Shown: in pieces, positions 27,594 through 38,300 of the stretch
How positions within the stretch are numbered: position 1 is the stretch's first letter
Layout of the letters: every line of letters starts with the position of its first letter
NCBI GenBank assembly: GCA_963748625.1
Contig: CAVVJT010000002.1
Span: 128,001-192,000 of the forward strand
Origin: an uncultured Chloroflexia bacterium
GTDB lineage: Bacteria > Chloroflexota > Limnocylindria > Limnocylindrales > CSP1-4
Direction of reading: 5' to 3'
Length of the DNA stretch: 64,000 nucleotides
Position numbers and translations under genes: made by a program
Notes under the pieces: generated by a model
Told to the model about the DNA's origin: nothing
Seen by the model: the letters and a program-made list of their open reading frames with translations, nothing else
The model's database searches: none

Positions 27594-28595
27594 CTACGCC
27601 TTTCCGGCCTTGCTGGACTTGGATTTGGACTTGGTCGAGCCCTTGCCCGACTTGGACGAGCCCTTCCCCTTGTCCCTGGGCTCGGCCGGCGCAGGCTCAC
27701 CGCCCTCGGCCACGAGGCCGGCACGGGCAGCCTGGAGGGCCGCCTTGTCCTCGTCGGAGACATCGGGGAACTGCGGATCCAGCCGGATCAGCGCGTCGGC
27801 GATGACCGCCCCGGCGGCGACCCGCGCGAACCACTTGCTGTCGGCCGGGATCACATACCACGGTGCCGCCTTCGTGCTCGTGTGGCTGAGCACTTCGCTG
27901 AAGGCCGCCTGGTAGTCGTCCCAGTAGCCCCGCTCCTTGACGTCGCCCGCGGCGAACTTCCAGTTCTTCTCGGGCTCGTCGATCCTGCTGAGGAACCGCT
28001 CGCGCTGCTCCTCCTTCGAGACGTTGAGGAAGATCTTGACGATGGAGAAGCCCTGGTCGACGAGGTACGCCTCCCAGTTGTTGATGTGCCTGAAGCGGCG
28101 GCTCCAGACATCCTTGCCCTTGAGCCTGGGTGGGATCTTCTGGCCGTCGAGGATCGCGGGGTGGACGCGGACGACCAGCGTCTCCTCGTAGTAGGACCGG
28201 TTGAAGATGCCGATGTTGCCCCGCTCCGGCAGGCGCTTGGCGTAGCGCCACAGGAAGTCGTGGTCCATCTCCTCGGTGGACGGCACCTTGAAGCTGCTGA
28301 CCTGCACGCCCTGCGGGTTGACGCCGCTCATCACGTGGCGGATCGTGCCGTCCTTGCCTGCCGCATCCATCGCCTGGATCACCACCAGCAGGCCCGCGGT
28401 GTTCTGGGCGTACAGGCGCTCCTGGTAGTCCGCCAGCAGCTCGATGCCGCGCTCGAGGACGTCGTCGGCGTCATCCTTCTTCAGTTCGTGGGTGAACGCC
28501 GGGTCGAAGTCACCGGGCAGGACAACCTTGCGGCCCGGATCAACCCGGAACGGCTCGATGAAGTCGGCGATGCGCTTCGGGTCGGGCTTCGGCAT
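27594..28595 (-). CDS. ppk2: polyphosphate kinase 2 family protein (class III-like)
   Basis: QAMDAAGKDG Walker A, FNRSYYE, KNWKF and APWYVIPADSKW. Confidence 0.95.
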   Translation of the reverse strand: MPKPDPKRIADFIEPFRVDPGRKVVLPGDFDPAFTHELKKDDADDVLERGIELLADYQERLYAQNTAGLLVVIQAMDAAGKDGTIRHVMSGVNPQGVQVSSFKVPSTEEMDHDFLWRYAKRLPERGNIGIFNRSYYEETLVVRVHPAILDGQKIPPRLKGKDVWSRRFRHINNWEAYLVDQGFSIVKIFLNVSKEEQRERFLSRIDEPEKNWKFAAGDVKERGYWDDYQAAFSEVLSHTSTKAAPWYVIPADSKWFARVAAGAVIADALIRLDPQFPDVSDEDKAALQAARAGLVAEGGEPAPAEPRDKGKGSSKSGKGSTKSKSKSSKAGKA

Positions 28596-28657
28596 GGGAT
28601 CCCCTCTCGCATGGCTGCGTGGTGGGGGCCATGATTGCACCCGCATGCATGATGGGT

Positions 28658-28682
28658 GAAAGGATTCGGCAGGTGCCGGACA
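28658..28682 (+). promoter_or_regulatory. putative autoregulated ECF promoter
   Basis: GAAAG-N12-GCCGGACA, repeated with the same spacing at 29196-29220. Confidence 0.6.
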
Positions 28683-28693
28683 CTACGACCGCG

Positions 28694-29254
28694 ATGACCC
28701 ACCCCGACGCGGACGCGAGCGCGCGCTTCGAACGACTGTACGCGGAGGCGCGCGACCCGCTCGTGCGCTACCTCGCGCGCCGCGCGGAACCGGCTTCGGT
28801 GGAGGACCTGTTCGCCGAGACGATGGTCCTCGCCTGGCGCCGTCTGGACGCCATTCCAGAGGGCGTCGAGATCCCGTGGCTGTACGGGACGGCGCGGCGG
28901 GTGCTCGCGAACCACCGGCGGGCCAGGGGCCGGTTCGGCCGCCTGCTCGAGCGGGTGGCCCTGTTCAGCCACGACACCGATGCCGCGATTGCGCTGCCGC
29001 CCAGCACTGACCCGGACCTTGCCGATGCCCTCGCCGCGCTCCCCGCAACCGACGCCGAGATCCTGCGGCTGTGGGCGTGGGAGGAGCTGGCACCCTCGGA
29101 GATGGCCGTGGTCCTGGCGATCACGCCGAACGCCGCCTCGATCCGGCTGCACCGGGCGAAGGCGCGCCTTCGGGAACGGCTGGAGGCCGGGGGCCGAAAG
29201 ACCACGCTGCCTGCCGGACATGTACCGGGCGTAGAGCGGAAGGAGGCTCGGTGA
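28694..29254 (+). CDS. ECF RNA polymerase sigma factor
   Basis: Region 2 (EDLFAETMVLAWRR, WLYGTARR) and region 4 (IRLHRAKARLR). Confidence 0.93.
   Translation: MTHPDADASARFERLYAEARDPLVRYLARRAEPASVEDLFAETMVLAWRRLDAIPEGVEIPWLYGTARRVLANHRRARGRFGRLLERVALFSHDTDAAIALPPSTDPDLADALAALPATDAEILRLWAWEELAPSEMAVVLAITPNAASIRLHRAKARLRERLEAGGRKTTLPAGHVPGVERKEAR
29196..29220 (+). promoter_or_regulatory. second ECF promoter copy upstream of the anti-sigma gene
   Basis: GAAAG-ACCACGCTGCCT-GCCGGACA inside the 3' end of the sigma gene. Confidence 0.55.
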
Positions 29255-30348
29255 TGGACGATCGACTGCAGCGACGGCTCCGGGACGCGGATCCGCTCAC
29301 CGTCGGCGATGGGCAGCTGCCCGCTCCGGCGCGACTCGACGCGATCAAGGAGCAGCTGATGCTCAGCGAGACACAGGGTGCGGGCCGGGTGCCCGGAACG
29401 CCCGAGGCACCCGGCACACCGGGGACACCCGCACCCCGTCGGCACGTCATGCGCCCGCGGGCGATCGGGATCACCGCCCTCGCGGCCTCTGGCCTGGCCG
29501 CGGTGCTGGTGGCGGGGACGCTCTTGCAGCCCACCGGATCGGCGCTTGCCTGGGATCCCAGCCCCACGGCGGCCACGCCGGCCCAGGAGGCCGCGGCGAA
29601 GGCCGCCTGCGCGATCCCGGAGATGGTGCCGCCGGCCGGTGAGGCGGGGACGGTCGAGGGCGGCCAGGTCACCGTGGGCGGCCCGTCCGTGACCCTGCCC
29701 GACGGTGCGCAGGGTGGTGCCGTCGGCGTCACCGGCGGCGCCCAGGTCCCGGGGGGCGTGATCACCGAGTCCACGGGTGGGGTCATGCCTCCGCCGTTCC
29801 CGACGGAGCTGCCGCCGCTCGTCTATCTCGAGCTCCACGGCACCGGTGCCGTCGCGATCCTCGCGGACGAGGACACCACGGCGTACTGCCTGCTCGTCAA
29901 GCGCGACGACGGGTTCGAGCTGGCCGGCCTTCACATGCCGCTCGGGGATGGCGGCTCCGCCGGCGTCGGCGTCATCGGAGCGATCGGTGTCGCCGGCGGC
30001 GTCGATGGCGCGAGCGCGGGCCCGACCATGTCGGGCATGACGCTGGCCGGCGAGGGCGACTTCCAGGTCATGGCGATGGCCACCGACTACGGGAACGCGA
30101 AGGTCGGGATCATGGCCGGAAGCGCACCGGAGGGCGCCGCCAAGGTCATCGTCAAGGGCGGCGCGGCCGACGGCGCAACGGCGAGCGTCACCGATGGCCG
30201 GTTCGCGCTCTGGGCGCCCAGGGCGCTCGACACCGAGACCACGATCGTGGCGCTCGACGCCTCAGGTGCGGAGATCGGCAGCGTGAAGATCAGCGGGGCG
30301 CCACCCGAGGGGGCCCCGGTGATGATCGAGCTCGAGCCGGAGCCGTAG
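29254..30348 (+). CDS. putative anti-sigma factor (single TM)
   Basis: Overlaps the sigma stop (TGATG); AGGAGG RBS; LRDADP N-terminus, TM, extracytoplasmic domain with two Cys. Confidence 0.8.
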   Translation: MDDRLQRRLRDADPLTVGDGQLPAPARLDAIKEQLMLSETQGAGRVPGTPEAPGTPGTPAPRRHVMRPRAIGITALAASGLAAVLVAGTLLQPTGSALAWDPSPTAATPAQEAAAKAACAIPEMVPPAGEAGTVEGGQVTVGGPSVTLPDGAQGGAVGVTGGAQVPGGVITESTGGVMPPPFPTELPPLVYLELHGTGAVAILADEDTTAYCLLVKRDDGFELAGLHMPLGDGGSAGVGVIGAIGVAGGVDGASAGPTMSGMTLAGEGDFQVMAMATDYGNAKVGIMAGSAPEGAAKVIVKGGAADGATASVTDGRFALWAPRALDTETTIVALDASGAEIGSVKISGAPPEGAPVMIELEPEP

Positions 30349-30378
30349 CGGATCGTCTGCGAACCAGCCCGGGAATCG

Positions 30379-30414
30379 AAGAGCCGGCGCAGCCCTGGGG
30401 CCGCGCCGGCTCTT
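30379..30414. terminator. bidirectional terminator-like hairpin
   Basis: AAGAGCCGGCGC...GCGCCGGCTCTT between convergent genes. Confidence 0.7.
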
Positions 30415-30434
30415 GGGTGTTCCGGTGACGGAGG

Positions 30435-31169
30435 CTACGCCTCGGGGGCGGCGCCCGCCTCCTCGGCGGCCTTCTTGACCGTTGCGGCGGCCTCGTCGGT
30501 CACGGCAGCGGCCTTGACCTCCTCGGCCTCCGGCAGCGCCTTCTGGACCTCGTCCACCTGGGCGAGCTTGGCCAGGGCGATGATGCCGCTGGAGCCTGGG
30601 GTCAGGACGGCCGCGAGGTCCTTGGCGACCTTGTTGCGGGCGCCCAGGTTGCGGAGCTTGCCGATGGCTGCACCACCGACGCCCATCCACAGGGCGCTGG
30701 CCAGGATGGCCGGCGGGAACAGGATGCCGATGACGCCGCCCGCGACGGCGCCGGCCAGGAAGCCGTTGCGCGTCTTGTGGTCGGTCATCTTGACGATGTG
30801 GATCTTGCCCTCGGCGTCGGCCTGGGCGACGAGCACGCCCTCGATGTCGAGGGCACCGCTGGCTTCGGCCTCGAGGAGGCTCGTGTAGGCGCCCTTCGCG
30901 GCGTCCTCGTTGGCGAAGCGGGCGACGACGATCGCGTAACCCTGGTCGTTCACGCCGACCGCGCCCTCGGCGAGGATCCCGTCCTCGTCGGCGACGATGC
31001 CGGTCATCAGCGCGCCGTGGGCGTCGGCGTCGAGCGTGGCGGCGGTGACGATGCCGGTCTCCTCGTCCACCGCGACCATGGCGGCGGAGATGCCGGTGAT
31101 CTCGACCTCGGCCGGGGCGGCGGGCTCGACCGCAGCCTCCTCGGCGGGGGTGACCTGGTCCTCGGTCAT
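30435..31169 (-). CDS. DUF1269-like membrane protein with acidic N-terminal extension
   Basis: GAVAGGVIGILFPP glycine zipper; LTPGSSGII; GGAGG RBS. Confidence 0.8.
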   Translation of the reverse strand: MTEDQVTPAEEAAVEPAAPAEVEITGISAAMVAVDEETGIVTAATLDADAHGALMTGIVADEDGILAEGAVGVNDQGYAIVVARFANEDAAKGAYTSLLEAEASGALDIEGVLVAQADAEGKIHIVKMTDHKTRNGFLAGAVAGGVIGILFPPAILASALWMGVGGAAIGKLRNLGARNKVAKDLAAVLTPGSSGIIALAKLAQVDEVQKALPEAEEVKAAAVTDEAAATVKKAAEEAGAAPEA

Positions 31170-31274
31170 GGGTGACCTCCTCATGGGTGGTGGTGCGATG
31201 GCACGTCCGGTCCGTGACGGTCGCCGGACGGGGGACGATCAGTGTATGCCGGGCGTCCGAGGCAGGCGCTGTGC

Positions 31275-33074
31275 CTACCCGGGCGGGGGCTCCGCAGCCT
31301 TGTCGAGGGACTCGGCGTGCGTGACGGATGACGATGCCCCGTCATCGGCGGGATCGACGACGCCGAAGGCGGCCCGATAGGCCTTCACCGCGCTCTTGGT
31401 GGTGGGGTAGAAGGCCGCGCGATCCGTGAACCACTCGTCGTCGTACTTCTGGATCTTGAGGCGGACCACATCCTTGAGCTCGGCGAATACGAGGTGCACG
31501 TCCTTGGCGTGCAGCTCACCGTCGAGATCCTCGAGCATGTCCGACGCGGTGGTGTCGATGTCGGTGATCGGCTCGGCGGCGATGACGATCCAGCGTGGCT
31601 TCGGCTCCTGGTTGGCGAGGTGGCGGACCTCGTTGCGGAACGTGTTGGCGTTGGCGAAGAACAGCGGGCCGTCGAAGCGGAACATGACCAGGCCGGGCAG
31701 CTGCTCGGCGTCGGGGTACATGCGGATGTCGTGGTAGCCGGGGACGCCGGGCACGTCGCCCAGCACTGTCCGGTACGGGTTCCAGACCCGTCGGAAGACG
31801 GTCAGGATCGAGAGGATCACGGCGATGGCGATGCCTTGCAGCACGCCGAGCAGCGCCACGCCCAGGAAGGCCGCCATCGACAGCCAGAACTCCGCCCGCC
31901 GCTGCCGGTAGAGCTTGACCGTGCCCGGGATGTCGGCAAGGGACAGGGAGGCGACGATGACCACGGCGGCCAGCGTGGGATTGGGCAGGTAGGCGAGCAG
32001 GCCCGGCAGGAAGACGAGCATGACGGCGATCAGGCCTGCACCGACCAGGCCAGTCAGCTGGGACTTCGCGCCCGCCCGCTCAGCGACGGCGGTTCGCGAG
32101 CCGCTGGTGCTGATCGGGAACCCGCCGAAGAGACCGGCCGCCACGTTGGCTGCGCCGATGCCGATCATCTCCTGGTCGGCGTTCACCTCCTGGCCCGTCC
32201 GTGCGGCGAACGCGGACGAGGTGGAGATGGTGTCGGCGAGGGACACGACCGCGATGCCGACGGCGCCCGCGAAGAGCAGGGCGAGGTCCTCGACCGGAAC
32301 CAGCGGGAGGACGAAGCGCGGCAGGCCCTCCGGCAGGACGCCGACCAGGCTCACGCCCTTGGCCGCGAGGTCCAGGCCCCACGCGAGGAGCATCGCGGTG
32401 ATGACGCCCGCGAGCACCGCCGGCACCTTCGGCGCAATCCTGCCCAACACCAGCATCAGGACGAGGCTGAACAGGCCGATGGCCGCGGCCGCCGCGACCA
32501 CCTCGCCCGCCTGGACGCCGGCGATGAAGGCCTGGGTCTCACCGATCAGGCCGTCGGCGTCGGTGGAGAAGCCGAACAGCTTGGGCAGCTGGCCGACGAG
32601 GATGGTGATCGCGAGGCCGTTCATGTAGCCCATCTGGATCGGCTTCGAGAGGAGCTCCGCGATGAAGCCGAGCCCGGTCTTCGCGCCGATGAGCATGAGC
32701 GCACCGACCATGACCGCCAGCATCGACGCGTAGAGCACGGCGGCGCTCGCATCGCCGTCGGCCGCCACGAGCGGGAGCACCGTGGCCGCGATCATCGAGC
32801 CGAGCGCGGAATCCGGGCCGAGGACGAGGATCCGCGACGGGCCGAAGATCGCGTAGGCGATGAGGCACAGGATCGAGGTGTAGAGGCCGGTGATCGCGGG
32901 CAGGCCCGCAAGCTCCGCGTAGGCCATGCCCTGGGGCACGAGCAGGCTGCCCAGCACGAGGCCGGCGACCAGGTCCTTGGGCAGCCAGGCACGCTGGTAG
33001 GTGCGGACTGCCGTGATGCCCGGGATCACCGATCCCGCCTTTGCGACCAGCCCCTGGGCCACAGGCTCCTCCAT
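31275..33074 (-). CDS. sulP: SulP/SLC26 anion transporter with STAS domain
   Basis: DLVAGL, PQGMAYAELAG, GLYT, SGSRT and FRFDGPLFFANA. Confidence 0.95.
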   Translation of the reverse strand: MEEPVAQGLVAKAGSVIPGITAVRTYQRAWLPKDLVAGLVLGSLLVPQGMAYAELAGLPAITGLYTSILCLIAYAIFGPSRILVLGPDSALGSMIAATVLPLVAADGDASAAVLYASMLAVMVGALMLIGAKTGLGFIAELLSKPIQMGYMNGLAITILVGQLPKLFGFSTDADGLIGETQAFIAGVQAGEVVAAAAAIGLFSLVLMLVLGRIAPKVPAVLAGVITAMLLAWGLDLAAKGVSLVGVLPEGLPRFVLPLVPVEDLALLFAGAVGIAVVSLADTISTSSAFAARTGQEVNADQEMIGIGAANVAAGLFGGFPISTSGSRTAVAERAGAKSQLTGLVGAGLIAVMLVFLPGLLAYLPNPTLAAVVIVASLSLADIPGTVKLYRQRRAEFWLSMAAFLGVALLGVLQGIAIAVILSILTVFRRVWNPYRTVLGDVPGVPGYHDIRMYPDAEQLPGLVMFRFDGPLFFANANTFRNEVRHLANQEPKPRWIVIAAEPITDIDTTASDMLEDLDGELHAKDVHLVFAELKDVVRLKIQKYDDEWFTDRAAFYPTTKSAVKAYRAAFGVVDPADDGASSSVTHAESLDKAAEPPPG

Positions 33075-33114
33075 GTGTGTTCGCTAGTGAAGGATGCCAC
33101 TGCAGCGCATGGCC

Positions 33115-33134
33115 GCGTCACCCGCCTGGGACGA
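33115..33134 (-). promoter_or_regulatory. putative operator shared with 38196-38215
   Basis: TCGTCCCAGGCGGGTGACGC (minus) versus TCGTCCCAGCAGGGTGATGC, 17/20 identical. Confidence 0.5.
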
Positions 33135-33166
33135 GGGCGCGACCTGGCGGCCGGGTTCCGCCGGGA

Positions 33167-33244
33167 ATCGCAGAACCCGGCACGTGGCCGGGTTCTGCGA
33201 TGGACCTGTTGGAGGGTGGGTCGCGCCGGAGGTCCGGCGCGACC
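33167..33244. terminator. two perfect hairpins downstream of the DUF4397 gene
   Basis: 15-bp stem at 33167-33201 and 12-bp stem at 33219-33244. Confidence 0.6.
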
Positions 33245-33256
33245 GCGTGGCGAGGA

Positions 33257-33944
33257 CTAGAGCTCGACCCCTGCCTGGTTGATGACGATGAACCGGTAGT
33301 TGGCGGCGCTCGTGCCGACGGCGAGGATCTGGTAGGCGCGACCGTCATTGAGCTCGGCAACGCGCGGCCCGATCACCGGGGCGTAGGCCACCGTCAGCGG
33401 ACACCCACCAGGAGTAGACGCCTGGCCAGGCGACGGCAACCGGACCGGCGGAGCGCTGACGGGCGAGGTTCTCGATGGCCGGGGCGGCGCCGCCGTTGAG
33501 CCACACGTCGACCGTGGGGGCCTTGGCGGTGTGGCGGACGGTGATCGTCGCCTTGCTGGCGCTGGTGCCCGTGAGGTCGTTGACGAAGATCGAGAGCGCG
33601 GGCTTGCCGGCGACGTAGTTGGCGACCGCGGTCGCGTTGAGGCCGTCGGTCAGCGTGACCGACTGCTTGATCAGCACGGTGCCCTTGCACGTTGCGGCGT
33701 GATCGGCCGCCCTCACCCGGATGGTGTAGGTGCCGGCGGGCAGCTGGGCCTTGAACTGCTGGCCGTACTTGAAGTCGGTCTTGACGGCCGACCCGGCCAC
33801 GCACACGTCCACCTTCACGCCCGGGATCCCGTGGGCCACGTTCACGGTGGCTCCGGCCGGGGCGGCGGACGGCCGTACCTGCGAAGGCGGTCAGGGCAAG
33901 CGCGGTGGCGGCGAGCGGTGAGGCTCGAGTCTTCGGAGCTTCAT
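33257..33944 (-). CDS. secreted DUF4397-like protein, multiple frameshifts
   Basis: VAHGIPG..VDV and VRHTAKAPTVDV repeats; signal peptide and C-terminus split across frames; GAGGAG RBS. Confidence 0.75.
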
Positions 33945-33996
33945 CAGGCAGCTCCTCTCGCAGTGCTGCCGGGCATCGTGCCCGTCTGGTCCCTTC

Positions 33997-34022
33997 TTCG
34001 GGGCCGGACGCTGGCCGGATTG
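33997..34022 (-). promoter_or_regulatory. SigK-like ECF promoter
   Basis: CAATCC-N15-CCGAA on the minus strand upstream of the DUF4397 gene. Confidence 0.5.
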
Positions 34023-34085
34023 GGGGGCGGTGCAGATTGTGCGCCGCGGACAGTGCGGCGCCTTGGGGCTGGCGCGCTCGAACCC

Positions 34086-35763
<1,678 letters not shown>

Positions 35764-35870
35764 GATGCGCAAGGGTACTGCCGCACGCGCCGCGGGACAC
35801 CCGCACGCACGTTGAAGCGCCCGGGCGGCGTGGGCCGTCCGGGCGCTTGCTGGCTTGATGCGATTGGCGG

Positions 35871-36852
35871 TCAGCCCGCGCTGGGCATCGCCTGGTAGGG
35901 GCTGCCGGCGTCCAGGACCGGCTCCACCGGCGCGACCGGCTGCTCGGGCTTCACCGCGTCCCAGCCCGCGAGGAGCATCGCCCCCAGCCCGAAGACCGTG
36001 GCGACTCCGGAGACCAGCGGCAGGATGGATGCGGCGGCGAGGACCACGACGCCCAGGACCGCGGCGCGGTACGGATGACGGACCTCGCGGGCCGCTCCGC
36101 CACGGGCCAGGAGCCAGTTGCCAACCCAGATCGCCGCCACGAGCCAGCCGATGAAGGCGAGCGCCGGGACGCCGACGAGCAGGAGGAACAGGCCGATCGG
36201 GGCGCCGATCACGGTGGAGGACCAGCAGGCCGCCGACGAGGGGCAGGGCGATCGTGCCGACGATCCCGGCGAGCAGCACCTGGCCCGGCTGGCGCGAGAT
36301 GCGCGTCTCGAGGTCGCGCACCTGCCGTGCACCGAACGCGGCCACGAGGAGGCCGGCCACGAGCGCTGCGAGCGCAAGCCCGACGGCGAACAGCAGGGCA
36401 AGCGGCACCAGGATCAGGGCGATGGCCGCGGCGGCCGCCTCCACCTCGGCCGTCTGGCCGGACGCGATGACGGTGCCGTCGCGTGCCACCGTGCCACCCA
36501 TGGTCGTGATCTCGCCCACGGTGGTCGTGCCAACCAGGTCGACGTGGCCGTCCACGACGAGCAGCTGGTCGACGGTCGCCCCGTCGAGGGTGGCGGTCCC
36601 GCCGATCACCATCAGCGCCTCGGTGGTCCCGGCCACCGTGGCCGTCCCGTCGATCACGATGGCCGCGCGGACGGAGGTGCCGGCGGGGATGTCGAGCGTG
36701 CCCCGGACGGCCAGCGCGACGTCGCCGGTGGAGGTGACCGCCGTGCCGGACGTGCCTGGGACGGTCCCGACAGGGTCGGCAGCGAACGCCGCGGGCACCA
36801 GGGCGAGGAGGAGGATCGCGACCGATGTCGCGGCGAGAAGGAGACGGCGCAC
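35871..36852 (-). CDS. membrane protein with bactofilin-like beta-helix N-domain, frameshift near 36220
   Basis: Signal peptide, V.G.A.V.G repeats, then TM bundle continuing TVIGAPIGL...FGLGAML. Confidence 0.75.
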
Positions 36853-37043
36853 GGGAGTGTCCTTTCGTGGGCTGGCGGTACTGAGCCGTATCGCTCTGTG
36901 TGTCTCCACGCTAGGCCGCGCACCGCTCGTCTCCCAGCCGGGTGGCTGGCATTTTGGTGGTGGGGCTAGCACCAGTACCCCCGACCCCCGCCCGGTGGCA
37001 GGGGGCGTACGCTCACCCCGAGACCCGCCACCGGAGGACCGCC

Positions 37044-37503
37044 ATGCCCGTCCACCCCGACGACCAGCGCTTCCTCGAGGTCGCCATCGAGCAGGCCCGC
37101 ATCGGGCGCGACGAGGGCGGGGTTCCCATCGGCGCCGCGCTCGTCGCCGACGGTCGCGTCCTGGGGGCCGGCCGCAATCGCCGCGTCCAGCAGGGGAGCG
37201 CCATCCGCCACGGCGAGACCGATGCGCTCGAGGTGGCCGGGCGCCTGCCAGCCTCCGTGTACCGGCGCGCGACCATGTACACGACGCTCTCGCCGTGCGA
37301 TATGTGCACGGGCGCGATCCTGCTTTACGGCATCCCGACGGGTGGTGATCGGCGAGAACCGCACCTTCATGGGCGGCGAGGACTACCTGCGCTCGCGCGG
37401 CGTGGAGGTGGTGAACCTCGAGGCACAGCGGTGCGTGGACCTCATGGACACCTTCATCGAGGCGCATCCCGACGTGTGGAACGAGGACATCGGCGAGGAG
37501 TAG
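37044..37503 (+). CDS. cytosine/nucleoside deaminase (FCY1-like), frameshift near 37340
   Basis: EGGVPIGA, HGE, SPCDMC, then VVIGEN...WNEDIGE. Confidence 0.88.
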
Positions 37504-37692
37504 GCCGCCCCGGCGCTCGAGAACGTTGCACGGGGGCTTGTGCCAGCCCCTAGACTGGCGCGCATTCGGGGGGTGCGTCCTACGGGAGGGTTGACCAGCG
37601 ACCGATCCCCTGAAGCCCAAGACCACGACGTGGATGGAACCTGCCCTGTCCGGCTGGGAGGCCGAACGGGGCCGAACGGAGGGATTGATCTC

Positions 37693-38121
37693 ATGCAGCG
37701 CCCGACTGGCGTCACCATTCTTGCAATCCTCGCCCTGATCGGCGGGGTCTTCGGCATCATCGCGGGCCTCGGCGCCATCGCCGGCGGCGCCCTGTTCGGC
37801 GGCATCGCGGCCGGCGCGGGTGCCGATGCGTCCACCGCCGCCGGCATCGGCGGCTTCTTCTTCATCATCGGCATCCTCACCCTGATCGGCGCCGTGCTCG
37901 AACTGGCGTTCTTCTTCGGTGCCTGGACGGCCAAGGCCTGGGGCTGGATCCTCGGCACGATCGCCGCCCTCTGGTCGATCGCCGTGGGCGTCATCGGCGC
38001 CCTGCTGAGCGGCGACATCGTCTCGGGCCTGATGGGCAACATCATCAGCTTCGCCATCGCCGGCGTGATCCTCTACTACCTGAACACCCCGGCGGTGAAG
38101 CAGTACTTCGGCCGGGCGTAA
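37693..38121 (+). CDS. small 4-TM membrane protein (DUF2127/DUF7144-like)
   Basis: MQRPTGVTILA...YYLNTPAVKQYFG; GGAGG RBS. Confidence 0.8.
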   Translation: MQRPTGVTILAILALIGGVFGIIAGLGAIAGGALFGGIAAGAGADASTAAGIGGFFFIIGILTLIGAVLELAFFFGAWTAKAWGWILGTIAALWSIAVGVIGALLSGDIVSGLMGNIISFAIAGVILYYLNTPAVKQYFGRA

Positions 38122-38164
38122 CCCCCGAGCGGGCGTGCCCTCGCCCGCGAACCGCAGCCTGATC

Positions 38165-38195
38165 GAACGCGGCCCGGAGCCCCCGGGCCGCGTTC
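38165..38195 (+). terminator. terminator-like hairpin
   Basis: GAACGCGGCCCGG-AGCCC-CCGGGCCGCGTTC. Confidence 0.65.
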
Positions 38196-38215
38196 TCGTC
38201 CCAGCAGGGTGATGC
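38196..38215 (+). promoter_or_regulatory. putative operator shared with the sulP upstream region
   Basis: TCGTCCCAGCAGGGTGATGC imperfect palindrome. Confidence 0.5.
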
Positions 38216-38300
38216 TGCCGACCCCTGTGCGGTCAACGCTCCTGCGGTACTGTCGGGGCGGGTGCCCGGGGCGTTCTCCCGGGCTGGGTGAGGAGTGAGG

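Noticed and set aside
36860-37040. Purine/pyrimidine riboswitch upstream of the deaminase
   Set aside because: No recognisable aptamer consensus
37565-37660. TPP riboswitch (GGGGTGC...GAACCTG)
   Set aside because: Lacks the CTGAGA element and downstream TPP consensus; the gene is not thiamine-related
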